The notes: generated by a model not told the origin, from the sequence alone. A stretch of DNA of 64,000 nt from Ignisphaera sp. (GCA_038889075.1 JAWAHS010000001.1:128001-192000), one strand, 5' to 3'. Numbered from the stretch's first letter, positions 1-10,586 are shown. Made by a program: numbers and translations.

Positions 1-250
1 TTAGTTATAGAGACATTGCGTCATATACATGTAGCGAATTAACGATACTAATGTTTTTTAGGAATGTTAGTAAAATTAAATATTTAATTACGGTAATCCA
101 TAGGAGATTATATTAGAGGGTGTTGTATAAAAGATTGTGTTGACATTTAATTAAAACAATGCATCCTCTTTATGTTTATTTATTTGAATCTGATGTTTGT
201 ACGATAAATTTAAAAGGGCTAGTATTAACATATGGTTAGGGTGACCATAT

Positions 251-1372
251 ATGGGTTATAAATATGGGCTCATTATAGCAGCGGTGCTCCTTATTGGGAT
301 GTCGATAGGCTATCTCTTGACACTGACCTTTGCAGCTCCTAGGGCTACACCTATAGCACCTGCCACAACCGTAACTACGACAATAACGATTCCTAGTGTT
401 ACATCGATAAGAGAGACGGTAACAGTAACAACAGTGAAAACAGAAACCATCTCGGTTAAACTTGAAAAGAGATCGGTGATAGATGCATTTGGAAGGTTAA
501 TAGAATTTGAAAGAATACCGTCTAGGGTAATATCCCTTGCACCCAGCGTTACAGAGAAGCTATTTGCACTAGGTCTGGAGAATGTTGTTATTGGTGTAGA
601 TTCGTATTCTGATTACCCTGAGAAGGTTTTGGAGTTAGTTAATGAGAATAGAATTTCAGTTGTAGGTGGTCCGTGGACACCAGATCTAGAGAAGATCATT
701 GCATTGAATCCAGAGCTTGTCATACTATGTCGTGGTGTAAGACCACAAGAATCACTCTATCCGAAGCTTGAGGAAGTTGGTATAAAGACAGTATTCTTAT
801 TATGTGATAATGCCAAGAATCAGTACGATATCTACAGTGATCTATATACGCTTGGAGTGATATTCGCCGTCGAGGAGAGAGCCAAATCCGTATCTGATGA
901 TATACAGAGAAGACTAGACGAAATTCTACTAAAGTTGAAAGAAGCTAATGTGTCTAAAGTGAGAGTACTTGTTCTCATAGGACCACCTTCATGGGGTATT
1001 TATAGTGCTGGTGGAGATACATTTATTGGATGGCTTATAGATAGAGCAGGTGGTATAAACATTGCAAAAGCTTATAGCGGATGGCCGCAACTGGATTACG
1101 AATTTATACTCAATAACGATCCTGAGGTAATAATAATTACATCGCATGGTATAGATCCTAAGGATTTATATAACGAATTATTAAATACACCAATTGTTAA
1201 AACATCAGCATGGATGAACAGAAAGATATATCTCTTTACAGATGAGGCTAATGATGTACTCTGCAGACCGGGACCTAGAATCGTTACAGCACTAGAAATA
1301 CTAGCCCATATACTACATCCAGAGGTACTCGGAGAAATTCAGCGGACTGATGTATATAGAATTACAGAATAA
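251..1372 (+). CDS. ABC transporter substrate-binding protein, Fe-siderophore/cobalamin (BtuF/FepB-like)
   Basis: N-terminal TM anchor and Thr-rich linker; DAFGR..PSRVISLAPSVTE, PDLEKIIALNPE and RPGPR motifs; upstream of permease and ATPase. Confidence 0.9.
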   Translation: MGYKYGLIIAAVLLIGMSIGYLLTLTFAAPRATPIAPATTVTTTITIPSVTSIRETVTVTTVKTETISVKLEKRSVIDAFGRLIEFERIPSRVISLAPSVTEKLFALGLENVVIGVDSYSDYPEKVLELVNENRISVVGGPWTPDLEKIIALNPELVILCRGVRPQESLYPKLEEVGIKTVFLLCDNAKNQYDIYSDLYTLGVIFAVEERAKSVSDDIQRRLDEILLKLKEANVSKVRVLVLIGPPSWGIYSAGGDTFIGWLIDRAGGINIAKAYSGWPQLDYEFILNNDPEVIIITSHGIDPKDLYNELLNTPIVKTSAWMNRKIYLFTDEANDVLCRPGPRIVTALEILAHILHPEVLGEIQRTDVYRITE

Positions 1373-1414
1373 TTGTAATAGTATATGGTAATATAGTAGA
1401 TAGGGAGACATTAA

Positions 1415-2509
1415 ATGGCCATGGAACTCTATAGAACATCTGTAAAACGCTTTTTTATGATATTTTTCTCTCTATCTATCATACTTTTGTTTACGTTTGT
1501 ATTATCACTTTCAATAGGTTCCACAGTAGTTAATCCGGTAGATGTTTTCATCAAACTTGTATACAATTTCATCTATACCATGTTAGATATCTTTGGAATA
1601 CCACACTCACCAATAGGATTTGGAGCAGATAAGATATACAATATAGCTATGCTTAGACTTGGGAGGACAGTAGCTTCTGTTTTGACAGGGTCTCTCCTAG
1701 GTGTTGCAGGGCTACTCATACAGACAGTTACTAGAAACCCCCTTGCTGAACCATATATATTGGGGCTTTCATCGACTGCGCTAACAGCTATTACAATAGG
1801 CATAATAATAGCTCCAAATATAATAGTACACAGATGGACTTTGATGACAATCGCTTTCATTGGTTCACTTTTAGGATTTACCTTAACATTGGTTCTTAGT
1901 AGGTTAGCCGGTGGTACAAGTATTTCCTTGGTTCTAGCAGGTATTGCTGTAAATGCTCTTTTTTCTGGAGTTTCGCACACGCTTCTCTATTCTATTCAAA
2001 AAATTATCAAAATACATTATGTATTTCTTCTCATGGGCTCGACATCTACCATACTTCTAGGTGATACAATACTTCTTCTAGCACCTTCCCTTACTGGTAT
2101 TACAGTTGCGTTATTAATGTTTAAGATGTTGAACGCTTTCATATATGGTGATGAGTACGCTAAGCAACTGGGGTACAACCCGGGTATAGTCTTAATTATA
2201 ACATCTACTATAGTAAGTATTCTTACAGCATCAACGGTAGCTGTTATTGGTATTGTAGGGTTTATAGGACTTGCAGCACCGCACATCTCTAGACTTCTTG
2301 TCGGAACAGATCATAGATTCTCTATACCAGTGGTAGCTGTAATAGGTGCTGTAATAACTACTATAGCTGATATAATCGTTAGAATAATATCTCTGTTATC
2401 TGCAGGTTTAGGGGAATTGCCACTAGGTGTAATTACCTCTACCATTGGTGCTCCGTTTCTAGCCTATCTAATTATAAAGAGGATGAAGGGTTATGAAGAT
2501 AGTTATTAA
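1415..2509 (+). CDS. FecCD/BtuC-family ABC permease
   Basis: Hydrophobic; RNPLAEPYILG, GIVGFIGLAAPH and ELPLGVITSTIGAPF motifs. Confidence 0.92.
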   Translation: MAMELYRTSVKRFFMIFFSLSIILLFTFVLSLSIGSTVVNPVDVFIKLVYNFIYTMLDIFGIPHSPIGFGADKIYNIAMLRLGRTVASVLTGSLLGVAGLLIQTVTRNPLAEPYILGLSSTALTAITIGIIIAPNIIVHRWTLMTIAFIGSLLGFTLTLVLSRLAGGTSISLVLAGIAVNALFSGVSHTLLYSIQKIIKIHYVFLLMGSTSTILLGDTILLLAPSLTGITVALLMFKMLNAFIYGDEYAKQLGYNPGIVLIITSTIVSILTASTVAVIGIVGFIGLAAPHISRLLVGTDHRFSIPVVAVIGAVITTIADIIVRIISLLSAGLGELPLGVITSTIGAPFLAYLIIKRMKGYEDSY

Positions 2510-3296
2510 GAATTTAGAGGTTTGGTACAACTCTGTAAAAGCATTAAGTAATGTTTCTTTAGAAATTGTTGAAGGAGAGATGACATTCGTTATAGGTCCT
2601 AATGGTGCTGGTAAATCAACATTACTAAAAGCAATTTCACTGTTAGTTTCGCCAAAGAAAGGCGTAGTTTATATTGATGGGCGCGATGCAAGGCTCTATA
2701 GCGCTAGGGAGTTAGCAAAAATGGTAACATATGTCAATCCCTACATATCTAAAACAATACCATCAACAGTTCTGGAATATCTTATGACAGCAAGGTATCC
2801 CCATAGGAATCTCCTGAGTTTTAAAGAGGATAAGAGAGATCTAGAGGTAATCGAAAAAGTATCGCAACAGATGAATATAGCTCATCTTCTTAATAGGAGG
2901 TTAGATCAACTCAGCAGTGGAGAGCTTCAAAGAGTTATAATAGCTAGGGCACTAATACAGCAACCAGAAGTAATACTATTGGATGAACCGTCAGCTTTTC
3001 TAGATCTTCGTTACAGGCTTGAAATATTAGAATACATAAAGAGAATCACGAAAACAGAAGGCACCGTAACCATCATAGCTATACATGATCTCTATCTAGC
3101 TTCATTATATGCAGATAAGGTAATACTACTTTCTAATGGTTCTATAGTAGCTTACGGTAATACTGAAGAAGTTCTGAAAAAGGAAATTATAGAGAATATA
3201 TATGGTGTTAGGATAGCAATACTTAAAGTAAATAACAAACATATTATAGCACCAATAGAGCCTGTCAAAAAAGTTGATTGCGTAAGATCAGACTAA
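2493..3296 (+). CDS. ABC transporter ATP-binding protein (FepC/BtuD-like)
   Basis: Walker A GPNGAGKST, signature LSSGE, Walker B LLDEP, H-loop IHDL. Confidence 0.93.
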   Translation: MKIVIKNLEVWYNSVKALSNVSLEIVEGEMTFVIGPNGAGKSTLLKAISLLVSPKKGVVYIDGRDARLYSARELAKMVTYVNPYISKTIPSTVLEYLMTARYPHRNLLSFKEDKRDLEVIEKVSQQMNIAHLLNRRLDQLSSGELQRVIIARALIQQPEVILLDEPSAFLDLRYRLEILEYIKRITKTEGTVTIIAIHDLYLASLYADKVILLSNGSIVAYGNTEEVLKKEIIENIYGVRIAILKVNNKHIIAPIEPVKKVDCVRSD

Positions 3297-3664
3297 AAAG
3301 TTCAACACAATGTAGCTTGTAAGAGTCTGGATGATCATCAGGAAAGCAATATACGGCACTTCGCAGGGCTCTTGAAAACATTTCGATAGTATACAAAATC
3401 TATAATGTTATGACAATCTGCACGTTCTTTGAACACTATTTATATCTATGGTAATCATTATAGAACGGACATGTAAAAGTAACATATAGACTTTCAAAGT
3501 ATAAAATACTTTGATCGTTTTAGAAGCCTATTTGGAATTATGAACATTAATGGAAAAAGTATATATGCAACCACATATATAGAGGCGAAAGTCTTTTCTA
3601 GCCCTCTAAATAGATAATTCAGATCAATTATGTGGTAGCTTTGTAATATGGATGTTAGATACAG

Positions 3665-4072
3665 GTGGTAAAGCACTTGTATGGAAGCGGATCTCTTTAC
3701 AGCAATTCATTAGCAAAATTCCTGAGGAGTTATATGCGTTCTGTTCTTCCCTCTCTGGATAGCTTTGTTATCAAGGTAAAGAATGGATCTTCAGATACAA
3801 GCATTTCAGAGGAAGAATTAGCTATAATTGCAATAGCTATAAAAATGTATAAGGAAACAAAAAAGAAAAATGGGAACAGCGTTACCCATAATAACGGTAA
3901 TGGCTATGATAGTAATACGTATACCAGTTCCCCGTGGTTAAATAGGTGGATTTTTGAAACTGCGAATACTGATATACATAGCTTACTAAGATATGACACA
4001 ATTGATTTTAATCACAAGATGCGATATCGGATGGTTGATGGTCAGGATACCCCTTTATGGGATACAAGTTAA
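3665..4072 (+). CDS. Hypothetical protein with OadG/carboxylase epsilon-like motif
   Basis: 135-aa ORF; EEELAIIAIAIKMY...SPW resembles the C-terminus of small decarboxylase/carboxylase accessory subunits; start uncertain. Confidence 0.45.
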   Translation: MVKHLYGSGSLYSNSLAKFLRSYMRSVLPSLDSFVIKVKNGSSDTSISEEELAIIAIAIKMYKETKKKNGNSVTHNNGNGYDSNTYTSSPWLNRWIFETANTDIHSLLRYDTIDFNHKMRYRMVDGQDTPLWDTS

Positions 4073-4129
4073 GTTGTTTGTTCCCAAATAACAATCTCTA
4101 CTTCGGACTGGATTCTGTAGTTTCGGAAA

Positions 4130-6172
4130 TTAGAGAGAAGCCAGCTTTGTTCTAAACATCATCCATATTATAGCCATAGTAATCACTATTGCCATAATCA
4201 AAATTATTGCTACATCTCTTAAGTTTATATGGTCTCTCAATATAGGTGTTGCAATAGTTGTTGTCACCGTTATTGTGTGTGGTTGTTCAATAAAGGTTGT
4301 AATTGTTATTGTTGTGGTTACTATATTTCTCTCCTTTATTGTTATTGTTGTGGTTCTTTCTCCATCGATTTTTGTATATAATTGTTGTGGTTGTCGTAAT
4401 TCTGTACTGAGAATTCTATATATTGATAGTATTATTGATAGTCTGGATAGCATTGTTAATTGGGTTTGGGAATAGGATTCAAAGGTCTTTGCCATTTCTA
4501 TATACAGTGGAATATCTATGGGTAGGATGCTATCTGGTAGGGAAAGCGAAGTGCTTATCGTTTTATTTAATGCTTCTATAGCTGAACTGTAATCCTGTAG
4601 GAAGAGTGATGTCAGTATGAGATGCATATAGCTTATGGAACTTATTCCAAGAGCTAATCTATCAAGTGTATTATCTACTTTAGTCAGGAGTGAGTATCTA
4701 AACATTGCTTCTGAGAGCATATCTCCAGGGATCTGGATGGATGATGAAAATGCTATTATGTATGTGTATATATTTTGAGATAATGTTGAAATGTATAAAG
4801 CCATTCTATTTAGATCATCAGTAGGTATCTCTGAACCTATATATGGGTATTTATCTAGCAGTGTAGACCATAACCATGCGGTATAAATTCTAGCGGAGGC
4901 CAGCGCTAAGTACTGAGATATGGAGTCTATGTATTGAGATGTCAAGGTTCTATTTAGATAGATTAGTGCTTCATAAGCTCTATCTAATGTATTTATTACT
5001 ATAGAAAGCCTAGCAGTATCCATACCATTTTCAATATGGTATCTGTGTATATAGTTTATGATATCATATATGGAATTGTTTATGATGTTAATTTCTTTTG
5101 ATATAAATGCTCCATCTACAATAGCCTTGAGTAGATAAAGACGTTGATAGGCATATATAAGTGCTTGAAAGTATAGAGATGAAGCTGCATATAGTTTTTC
5201 AGCTGATACTAGAGATTCAGCCTGGATTCTCAAACTATTGATATTGGAGTCAATATTTTGAAGGGTATTTCTGACGTAAATGCTAGAGTAGCCACTTAAT
5301 GATGAAAGTGCTTTATCTTCTACAGCTTTACTTTCATTTACGATCGCTATTATTTTATTAGATAGATTAAATATCCATTCATACTGGATGTTTTTTAGTG
5401 CTGCATATATATTGCTTAGTTTATTTGGTAAACTAGAGGTGGTAGGGGTAACTTTATACATATGGTTAGTAAAAATCTCCAGCGCCTCAAAAATATTTGC
5501 AATAGGCACTACTGAAACGTTTAGCTGGGCACCGTATGATATAAGGTCAATTGTTTCTGGGATAACTCTAGTAATAACAGATGGACCAATTCTCTGAGAG
5601 ACAATTCTATATATAGTATCCTTTGTTTGGCCATACGGAACAAGGAACATCTTAGCACCACGAGAGACAGCGGCATCGAGTTTATATTTTAATCCTCCAA
5701 CAGGTCCTACACTTCCATCGGGCAATACCATGCCTGTCATTACTATACTTTCATTAAGTGGTAACCTAAGTAGTGCAGCAGCAAAGGCTACAGCTGTTAC
5801 GCCACTTGCACTTGGTCCACCAATAATAGGCGAATCAGATTTTATAGAGGCATAGAAGTCGCAACTATAGAAGCTTATATTAGCTATACTACTAGCTACA
5901 AGTGCTGCTATCCTAGTAGATGCTTGTAGATCTATCTCACTAAGAGGTAAAGTCTCTACATATACGTGGCCGGAGCCTGGGCATGCAACGCGTACATATA
6001 GGTCAGCTGAAACCCCGATATATGAACCATTTGATAGCTGGCTAACAGCTACTATGGTTACATGCCTTAATTCATCTAATATATAGCCGTATGTTAAGGA
6101 ATGTGTAGGTAATGATATGGTGACGAGCATTAATAGCGTAAGTATCATGCAGGTTCTGTATACCATAATCAT
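4130..6172 (-). CDS. Membrane-anchored archaeal Lon-like (S16) serine protease, no ATPase domain
   Basis: Signal peptide; GGPSAS (Ser) and MTGMVLPDGSVGPVGGLKYK (Lys) dyad; C-terminal Thr-rich linker and TM helix. Confidence 0.88.
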   Translation of the reverse strand: MIMVYRTCMILTLLMLVTISLPTHSLTYGYILDELRHVTIVAVSQLSNGSYIGVSADLYVRVACPGSGHVYVETLPLSEIDLQASTRIAALVASSIANISFYSCDFYASIKSDSPIIGGPSASGVTAVAFAAALLRLPLNESIVMTGMVLPDGSVGPVGGLKYKLDAAVSRGAKMFLVPYGQTKDTIYRIVSQRIGPSVITRVIPETIDLISYGAQLNVSVVPIANIFEALEIFTNHMYKVTPTTSSLPNKLSNIYAALKNIQYEWIFNLSNKIIAIVNESKAVEDKALSSLSGYSSIYVRNTLQNIDSNINSLRIQAESLVSAEKLYAASSLYFQALIYAYQRLYLLKAIVDGAFISKEINIINNSIYDIINYIHRYHIENGMDTARLSIVINTLDRAYEALIYLNRTLTSQYIDSISQYLALASARIYTAWLWSTLLDKYPYIGSEIPTDDLNRMALYISTLSQNIYTYIIAFSSSIQIPGDMLSEAMFRYSLLTKVDNTLDRLALGISSISYMHLILTSLFLQDYSSAIEALNKTISTSLSLPDSILPIDIPLYIEMAKTFESYSQTQLTMLSRLSIILSIYRILSTELRQPQQLYTKIDGERTTTITIKERNIVTTTITITTFIEQPHTITVTTTIATPILRDHINLRDVAIILIMAIVITMAIIWMMFRTKLASL

Positions 6173-6232
6173 CTACACCATCAAAATGGAACTGTCTTCG
6201 TAGATTTCTTAGATACTTAAAAAGTTTGCTCA

Positions 6233-6697
6233 CTATTGGTAAGTGTCTAATATCCTATCTGCATACTTGGCCACATCTTCTATGCAATCATCTATGATAT
6301 TGATTATCGATTTCAAGTAGTGTTGCGGTGTTGATTGTGAGAATTCTTTTAGCATCTTAGAGTTTTGTATAAGGCTTCTCATAGTCATGGATAACTCTAG
6401 GGGAAGGATGTATATGAATTTATCCACTTCATCATCGGTAAGCCGCTTTAAACCGTATTCTATGGGTTTATCTAGTAGTCTTCTAAGTGCTTGAAGAAGC
6501 TTATCAAATTTGAGCATAGTCATGGAATACAGATCGTACAGCTCCCTAAGTCTTCTTCTAGCAATATTATAGAATGCTTCAACTAAATCAAAACGAACAT
6601 CAATTAAGAGATTATAGAGGGCGTACATGGTCTCTCTATCAACAGTTCCCTGCACACCTTTCTTACCTCTAAGTTTTAGCAAAAAGTCTTTGAACAT
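6233..6697 (-). CDS. Hypothetical all-helical protein
   Basis: 154-aa ORF with RBS (GAGGTG on - strand); divergent from the zinc-finger gene. Confidence 0.65.
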   Translation of the reverse strand: MFKDFLLKLRGKKGVQGTVDRETMYALYNLLIDVRFDLVEAFYNIARRRLRELYDLYSMTMLKFDKLLQALRRLLDKPIEYGLKRLTDDEVDKFIYILPLELSMTMRSLIQNSKMLKEFSQSTPQHYLKSIINIIDDCIEDVAKYADRILDTYQ

Positions 6698-6765
6698 CGC
6701 AGTTCACCTCTAACCTTAACAATCAATACTCTATTTTCACAAAAAGTTATAAATAGATATGGTGA

Positions 6766-7053
6766 GTGAAAATTGAGAGTGCAGGTGTTTATATGGCCCT
6801 TAATACTCGCGATAAAGATAAGGTAATAAAGTCCATTGCTCGTTGGCTTGCTGGTCTTCGGCCTTCTTTTGGCTACAAATATTATTTTGAAAAATATTCG
6901 TCTGCACAAAGAGCTGTAGAAAAGCTACTTCCATATAAAGGACTTAGAGTGTGTCCTTTCTGTGGTAAGAGCTTCCTAAGGTCATCAGCATTTATTACCC
7001 ACATACTAAAGTTTCATGGCGATGAATTGGAGAATCTAATTGATAGCACATAG
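6766..7053 (+). CDS. C2H2 zinc-finger protein
   Basis: CPFCGKSFLRSSAFITHILKFH matches C-x2-C-x3-F-x8-H-x4-H; GGTGA RBS. Confidence 0.8.
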   Translation: MKIESAGVYMALNTRDKDKVIKSIARWLAGLRPSFGYKYYFEKYSSAQRAVEKLLPYKGLRVCPFCGKSFLRSSAFITHILKFHGDELENLIDST

Positions 7054-7092
7054 CTGATAACTTTCTATTTTTAATATTTTTGGTGCAGTGAA

Positions 7093-8079
7093 TTGGATAT
7101 TACACAATGTGGTTCGATGGGAATGTTTCGAGGGTCACAGATTAAAGTAGATAAAAAATATATGAGGCATTATACCACCGATACATGGAATTACACAGAG
7201 TTTCTAGATAGAAATGTAAAGGTCGTGCCATTTGAAGCATTTACAGCTTTGTATAAGCTCTATAATAACGATATTAAGAGCTTTATTGAAACTCATATAG
7301 ATGTCCACATCTGCACACCTATTATCTCATTATGTAGAGAACATGGTCCTAGAATAAAATGTTTGATTTATACAAGTGACAAATATTTAGAGATATATTC
7401 AGAGTGCTTTGATGTAGAGCTACTCTCTTCTATAATATTCGGTGATCTCTCAAATCTATTCACATTTGAAATAGGATACAGGGATGGTAGAAGGTTTAAG
7501 AGGGCTATCATACCCAAGAAGCTCATATTACAATTGGCTCCGGAGATTTCAAAGTGGAATAGAAATAATTCTGAAAGTGAATTCTTTACAACACCTTTAA
7601 AGACGTTCGGCAATATGATTAGATATGTGTTAGAAAAAGGAAACGAAGTTACAGAACTTATATTCCATATTCCATGTCTAGATGATAAAGCTATCGATTT
7701 ATTGTACGAAATGGTTAAATCGCTTGCAAATAAGAGTAGAATATATATTCTAACAACCCCTCCGACACTTGATAATGCAAAGAGATGTCAATCAAACTAT
7801 AAGGGTACGCTTATCGCATATTTAGAGGCTTACGAACTGCTATCCCGATACAATGTAACCATATGTAATATAGATACTATGCATGTAGGTCTCATAGTGA
7901 ATAGAATGCACTATGTTGTGTCATATGAATATAGTTATAGAGATGATATAGATGTAAGTATAGTAAAGGACAAATCATACATTGAAGCAATGGCGCAGAG
8001 CTTTCTTAGAGAGTGTTTCTGTTCAACCAGTTTAATTAAAGATGACTATAGGTATGGCCACATATATAAAATAGAGTAG
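7093..8079 (+). CDS. Hypothetical protein, possible degenerate PLD-like C-terminal domain
   Basis: 328-aa ORF; C-terminal pattern IPCLD..RIYILT..MHVGLIVN resembles a PLD fold lacking HxK. Confidence 0.55.
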   Translation: MDITQCGSMGMFRGSQIKVDKKYMRHYTTDTWNYTEFLDRNVKVVPFEAFTALYKLYNNDIKSFIETHIDVHICTPIISLCREHGPRIKCLIYTSDKYLEIYSECFDVELLSSIIFGDLSNLFTFEIGYRDGRRFKRAIIPKKLILQLAPEISKWNRNNSESEFFTTPLKTFGNMIRYVLEKGNEVTELIFHIPCLDDKAIDLLYEMVKSLANKSRIYILTTPPTLDNAKRCQSNYKGTLIAYLEAYELLSRYNVTICNIDTMHVGLIVNRMHYVVSYEYSYRDDIDVSIVKDKSYIEAMAQSFLRECFCSTSLIKDDYRYGHIYKIE

Positions 8080-8144
8080 ATTATTTATAGAACCTCACTG
8101 GAATGAGAACCGAGTACAGCTCAACATATGGATAGAACGGTATT

Positions 8145-9026
8145 ATGGGCACTCATATGATCTATAATCCTATTAAGTTAAGCGAGATTGTTGAGAAGAA
8201 TGTTGTGTATCTAAGTAATGGTAAGATTTTTCGAAAGTATTATCGATTTAGAGCGACTAAATTTTATGGAGGTTCGTCAACCGGGGACATTGTTGGATGC
8301 AATCTAAGTTGCAAGTATTGTTGGAGCTTAGGTACAAATACATCTCCAGCTATAAAGGGTATAGGATTCTATGTGGATCCTGAGGAGGCAGCACTAAGAC
8401 TTCTGAGCATCGCTTCGCAAAAAAGCTTCAAATATATTAGATTAAGTGGTGGTGAACCAACTATAGGATTCGACCATATTCTTCAGCTCCTTAAGAATAT
8501 TAGCAAATCTGCACTCTTTGATAAAATCAGATTTATCTTAGAAACTAACGGTATTTTAATAGGATACAAGAAAAACTATGCTGGAGAACTATCTAAATTT
8601 CCTTTTGTTACAGTCAGGGTATCCCTTAAAGGGTGTTCACCTAACGAATTCAATGCCATTACAGGAGCAGGTGAAGAGTTCTATGACTACCAGTTGAAGG
8701 CTATAAAATATCTTTTTGAGAATAATGTAGACACCATTGTAGCTATTACTATAAGCTTTTGTAATAAAGATTCGTTCTCAAGGCTGGTGCAACAGCTCTT
8801 AGAACTTGGAGAGGATATTATAGATAGGATAGAACTTGAAGTAGTTAAACTATATCCAAGTATAGCTAAAAGACTTTGCAAATCAAAAATATACCCATGG
8901 ATCGCCATAGATCCCAGAAAGAATGTTTTATTAAGGGGGGAAGCTATTGAGCGAATCCTTAGAGAAGGATGTAGAGGAAATGTTGATAAAGATCCTAGTA
9001 GATCACAGGGGCGGCTTAACATTTGA
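8145..9026 (+). CDS. Radical SAM protein (COG5014-like)
   Basis: GCNLSCKYCW (CxxxCxxC), SGGEPT, LETNG. Confidence 0.88.
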   Translation: MGTHMIYNPIKLSEIVEKNVVYLSNGKIFRKYYRFRATKFYGGSSTGDIVGCNLSCKYCWSLGTNTSPAIKGIGFYVDPEEAALRLLSIASQKSFKYIRLSGGEPTIGFDHILQLLKNISKSALFDKIRFILETNGILIGYKKNYAGELSKFPFVTVRVSLKGCSPNEFNAITGAGEEFYDYQLKAIKYLFENNVDTIVAITISFCNKDSFSRLVQQLLELGEDIIDRIELEVVKLYPSIAKRLCKSKIYPWIAIDPRKNVLLRGEAIERILREGCRGNVDKDPSRSQGRLNI

Positions 9027-9183
9027 AGAACTTAGAGATCATCTCGAAGTCAGCGGATATTACATTGACGGATTGATCCTTAGAAAAATTGTAGCTAGGC
9101 TAATACTCAACAACACCGTCTGCAAAGTTCCATCGAAAGAAAAGAAAAAGCTTCTACTAGTTCTATGTAGAGAAGATGTGTAG
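8947..9183 (+). CDS. Small winged-helix-like protein
   Basis: GLTFEELRDHL..LRKIVARLI pattern; G-rich RBS before TTG; overlaps the radical SAM 3' end (alternative start ATG 8980). Confidence 0.55.
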   Translation: MSESLEKDVEEMLIKILVDHRGGLTFEELRDHLEVSGYYIDGLILRKIVARLILNNTVCKVPSKEKKKLLLVLCREDV

Positions 9184-9234
9184 TCAGGCTAATATATCTA
9201 GGGAAGCCACTATATATTAATAGGGTGTAGAGCT

Positions 9235-10398
9235 TTGTCACTTGCCATCGACATAGCAAGCAAACCTGCACTTCTATTAAAGCCCTCCATGAAAATAAGC
9301 GAGATCCTTCCGAAAATGAAGGAGTTGAAGCTTAGGGACGCTCCTGTAGTCGATGAGGAGAATCGTATTATTGGTATAGTAAGCTATAGAAGCATTCTTA
9401 TGAGAGGGATAGGTAGGGATACAAAAGTGAAGAACATTATGGAGCCTCCTTTTTACATCTATGATGATGCTGATATGAATAGCGCTATAAATAGCCTTGT
9501 AATGTGGAGATCAAGGGAGGTACCGATAGTAAGTAGAGATGGTATTGTGGTGGGCATAATCTCTAGGAATGCTGTGTTGCGAAATCTCGTTGAAAATAAT
9601 AGAATTCCTAGAATTAAGGTTGATGATGTGATGAGCAAGCCAGCCATAACAATAAATGAGAAGGAGAACATAGCTAGAGCTAGATGGCTTATGTTAAAAA
9701 GTGGCATTTCTAGATTGCCAGTTGTTGATGCAGATAATAGAGTTTTAGGGGTAATAACATTTAGCGATATAGTTGAAAGGCTTTACACGATTAGATTAAG
9801 TAGAAGGAAAGGCTATGAATGGATTCAAAGTGAAGAATCATTTCTAGCGGCACCTGTATCAGAATTCATGACTTCACCACCTATAACAATACCACTTAGC
9901 ATAGATATAGGTAGAGTTGCCGAAATTCTTTTAGATAATAAAATATCCGGAGCACCTGTGGTCTCTAGCAATGATGTTGTTGAAGGTGTGGTAAGTAGTA
10001 TAGATATATTGAGGAAATATCTAGAGAGTTTTACGGTACTACAGCCCATAGAGGCAAAAATTTCAGAAGCTATCGAGGATGAGCTAACAAGAATTCAAGT
10101 AGAGAAGCTAGTTAATAGTTATCTCTCTAAATTTTCGAGATACGTAAGGGTAATAGACTTTAAGCTTAAGGTTAAACAACGAGGTAGGATAGAGGAAGTT
10201 ACCGTTGAAAAAAGAAAGCAATATGATGTATCTATAAAGATGTCTACAAATATTGGAACGATAGCTGCAAATTCGCAATGCTGGGATCTAGCTACATGTG
10301 TTAGAGAGGTGCTAACTATCTTAGAAAGGAGATTACGAAAAATATTAGATAAGAGAGGTACAAGGGTATACAATAGTAGAAGACAAGGCGGGGAATGA
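9235..10398 (+). CDS. 4xCBS-domain protein with C-terminal HPF/RaiA-like domain (candidate ribosome hibernation factor)
   Basis: Four CBS repeats (PVVD..GI(V/I)S); C-terminal ~100 aa ending WDLATCVREVLTILERRLRK matches the HPF beta-alpha-beta-beta-beta-alpha pattern. Confidence 0.8.
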   Translation: MSLAIDIASKPALLLKPSMKISEILPKMKELKLRDAPVVDEENRIIGIVSYRSILMRGIGRDTKVKNIMEPPFYIYDDADMNSAINSLVMWRSREVPIVSRDGIVVGIISRNAVLRNLVENNRIPRIKVDDVMSKPAITINEKENIARARWLMLKSGISRLPVVDADNRVLGVITFSDIVERLYTIRLSRRKGYEWIQSEESFLAAPVSEFMTSPPITIPLSIDIGRVAEILLDNKISGAPVVSSNDVVEGVVSSIDILRKYLESFTVLQPIEAKISEAIEDELTRIQVEKLVNSYLSKFSRYVRVIDFKLKVKQRGRIEEVTVEKRKQYDVSIKMSTNIGTIAANSQCWDLATCVREVLTILERRLRKILDKRGTRVYNSRRQGGE

Positions 10399-10586
10399 TA
10401 GAACATAGTTCTCCTCTTTTTCAATCTTACTGAGAAGCTGCTATGGTATTCCTATTTTAATGCTGTACGGTAGGCTGTTTCATGATTGATGATAAGTTTT
10501 GAATGTTTAATCGTCTTTTACTACTTTGCATGTACTCGGCAATCTGACGTACAGTTATGTATAGAATACAATATTTGAATGATAGG

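Noticed and set aside
74-89. 16-bp palindrome AATTAAATATTTAATT upstream of the ABC operon
   Set aside because: A/T-only sequence in an AT-rich spacer; could be a metal-regulator site but cannot be distinguished from chance
3494-3676. 60-aa minus-strand ORF
   Set aside because: Short, no motif, overlaps the start of the 3665 ORF
4240-4400. GTT/ATT-rich quasi-repeats
   Set aside because: Antisense of the Thr-rich linker of the protease; not a CRISPR array or tandem repeat
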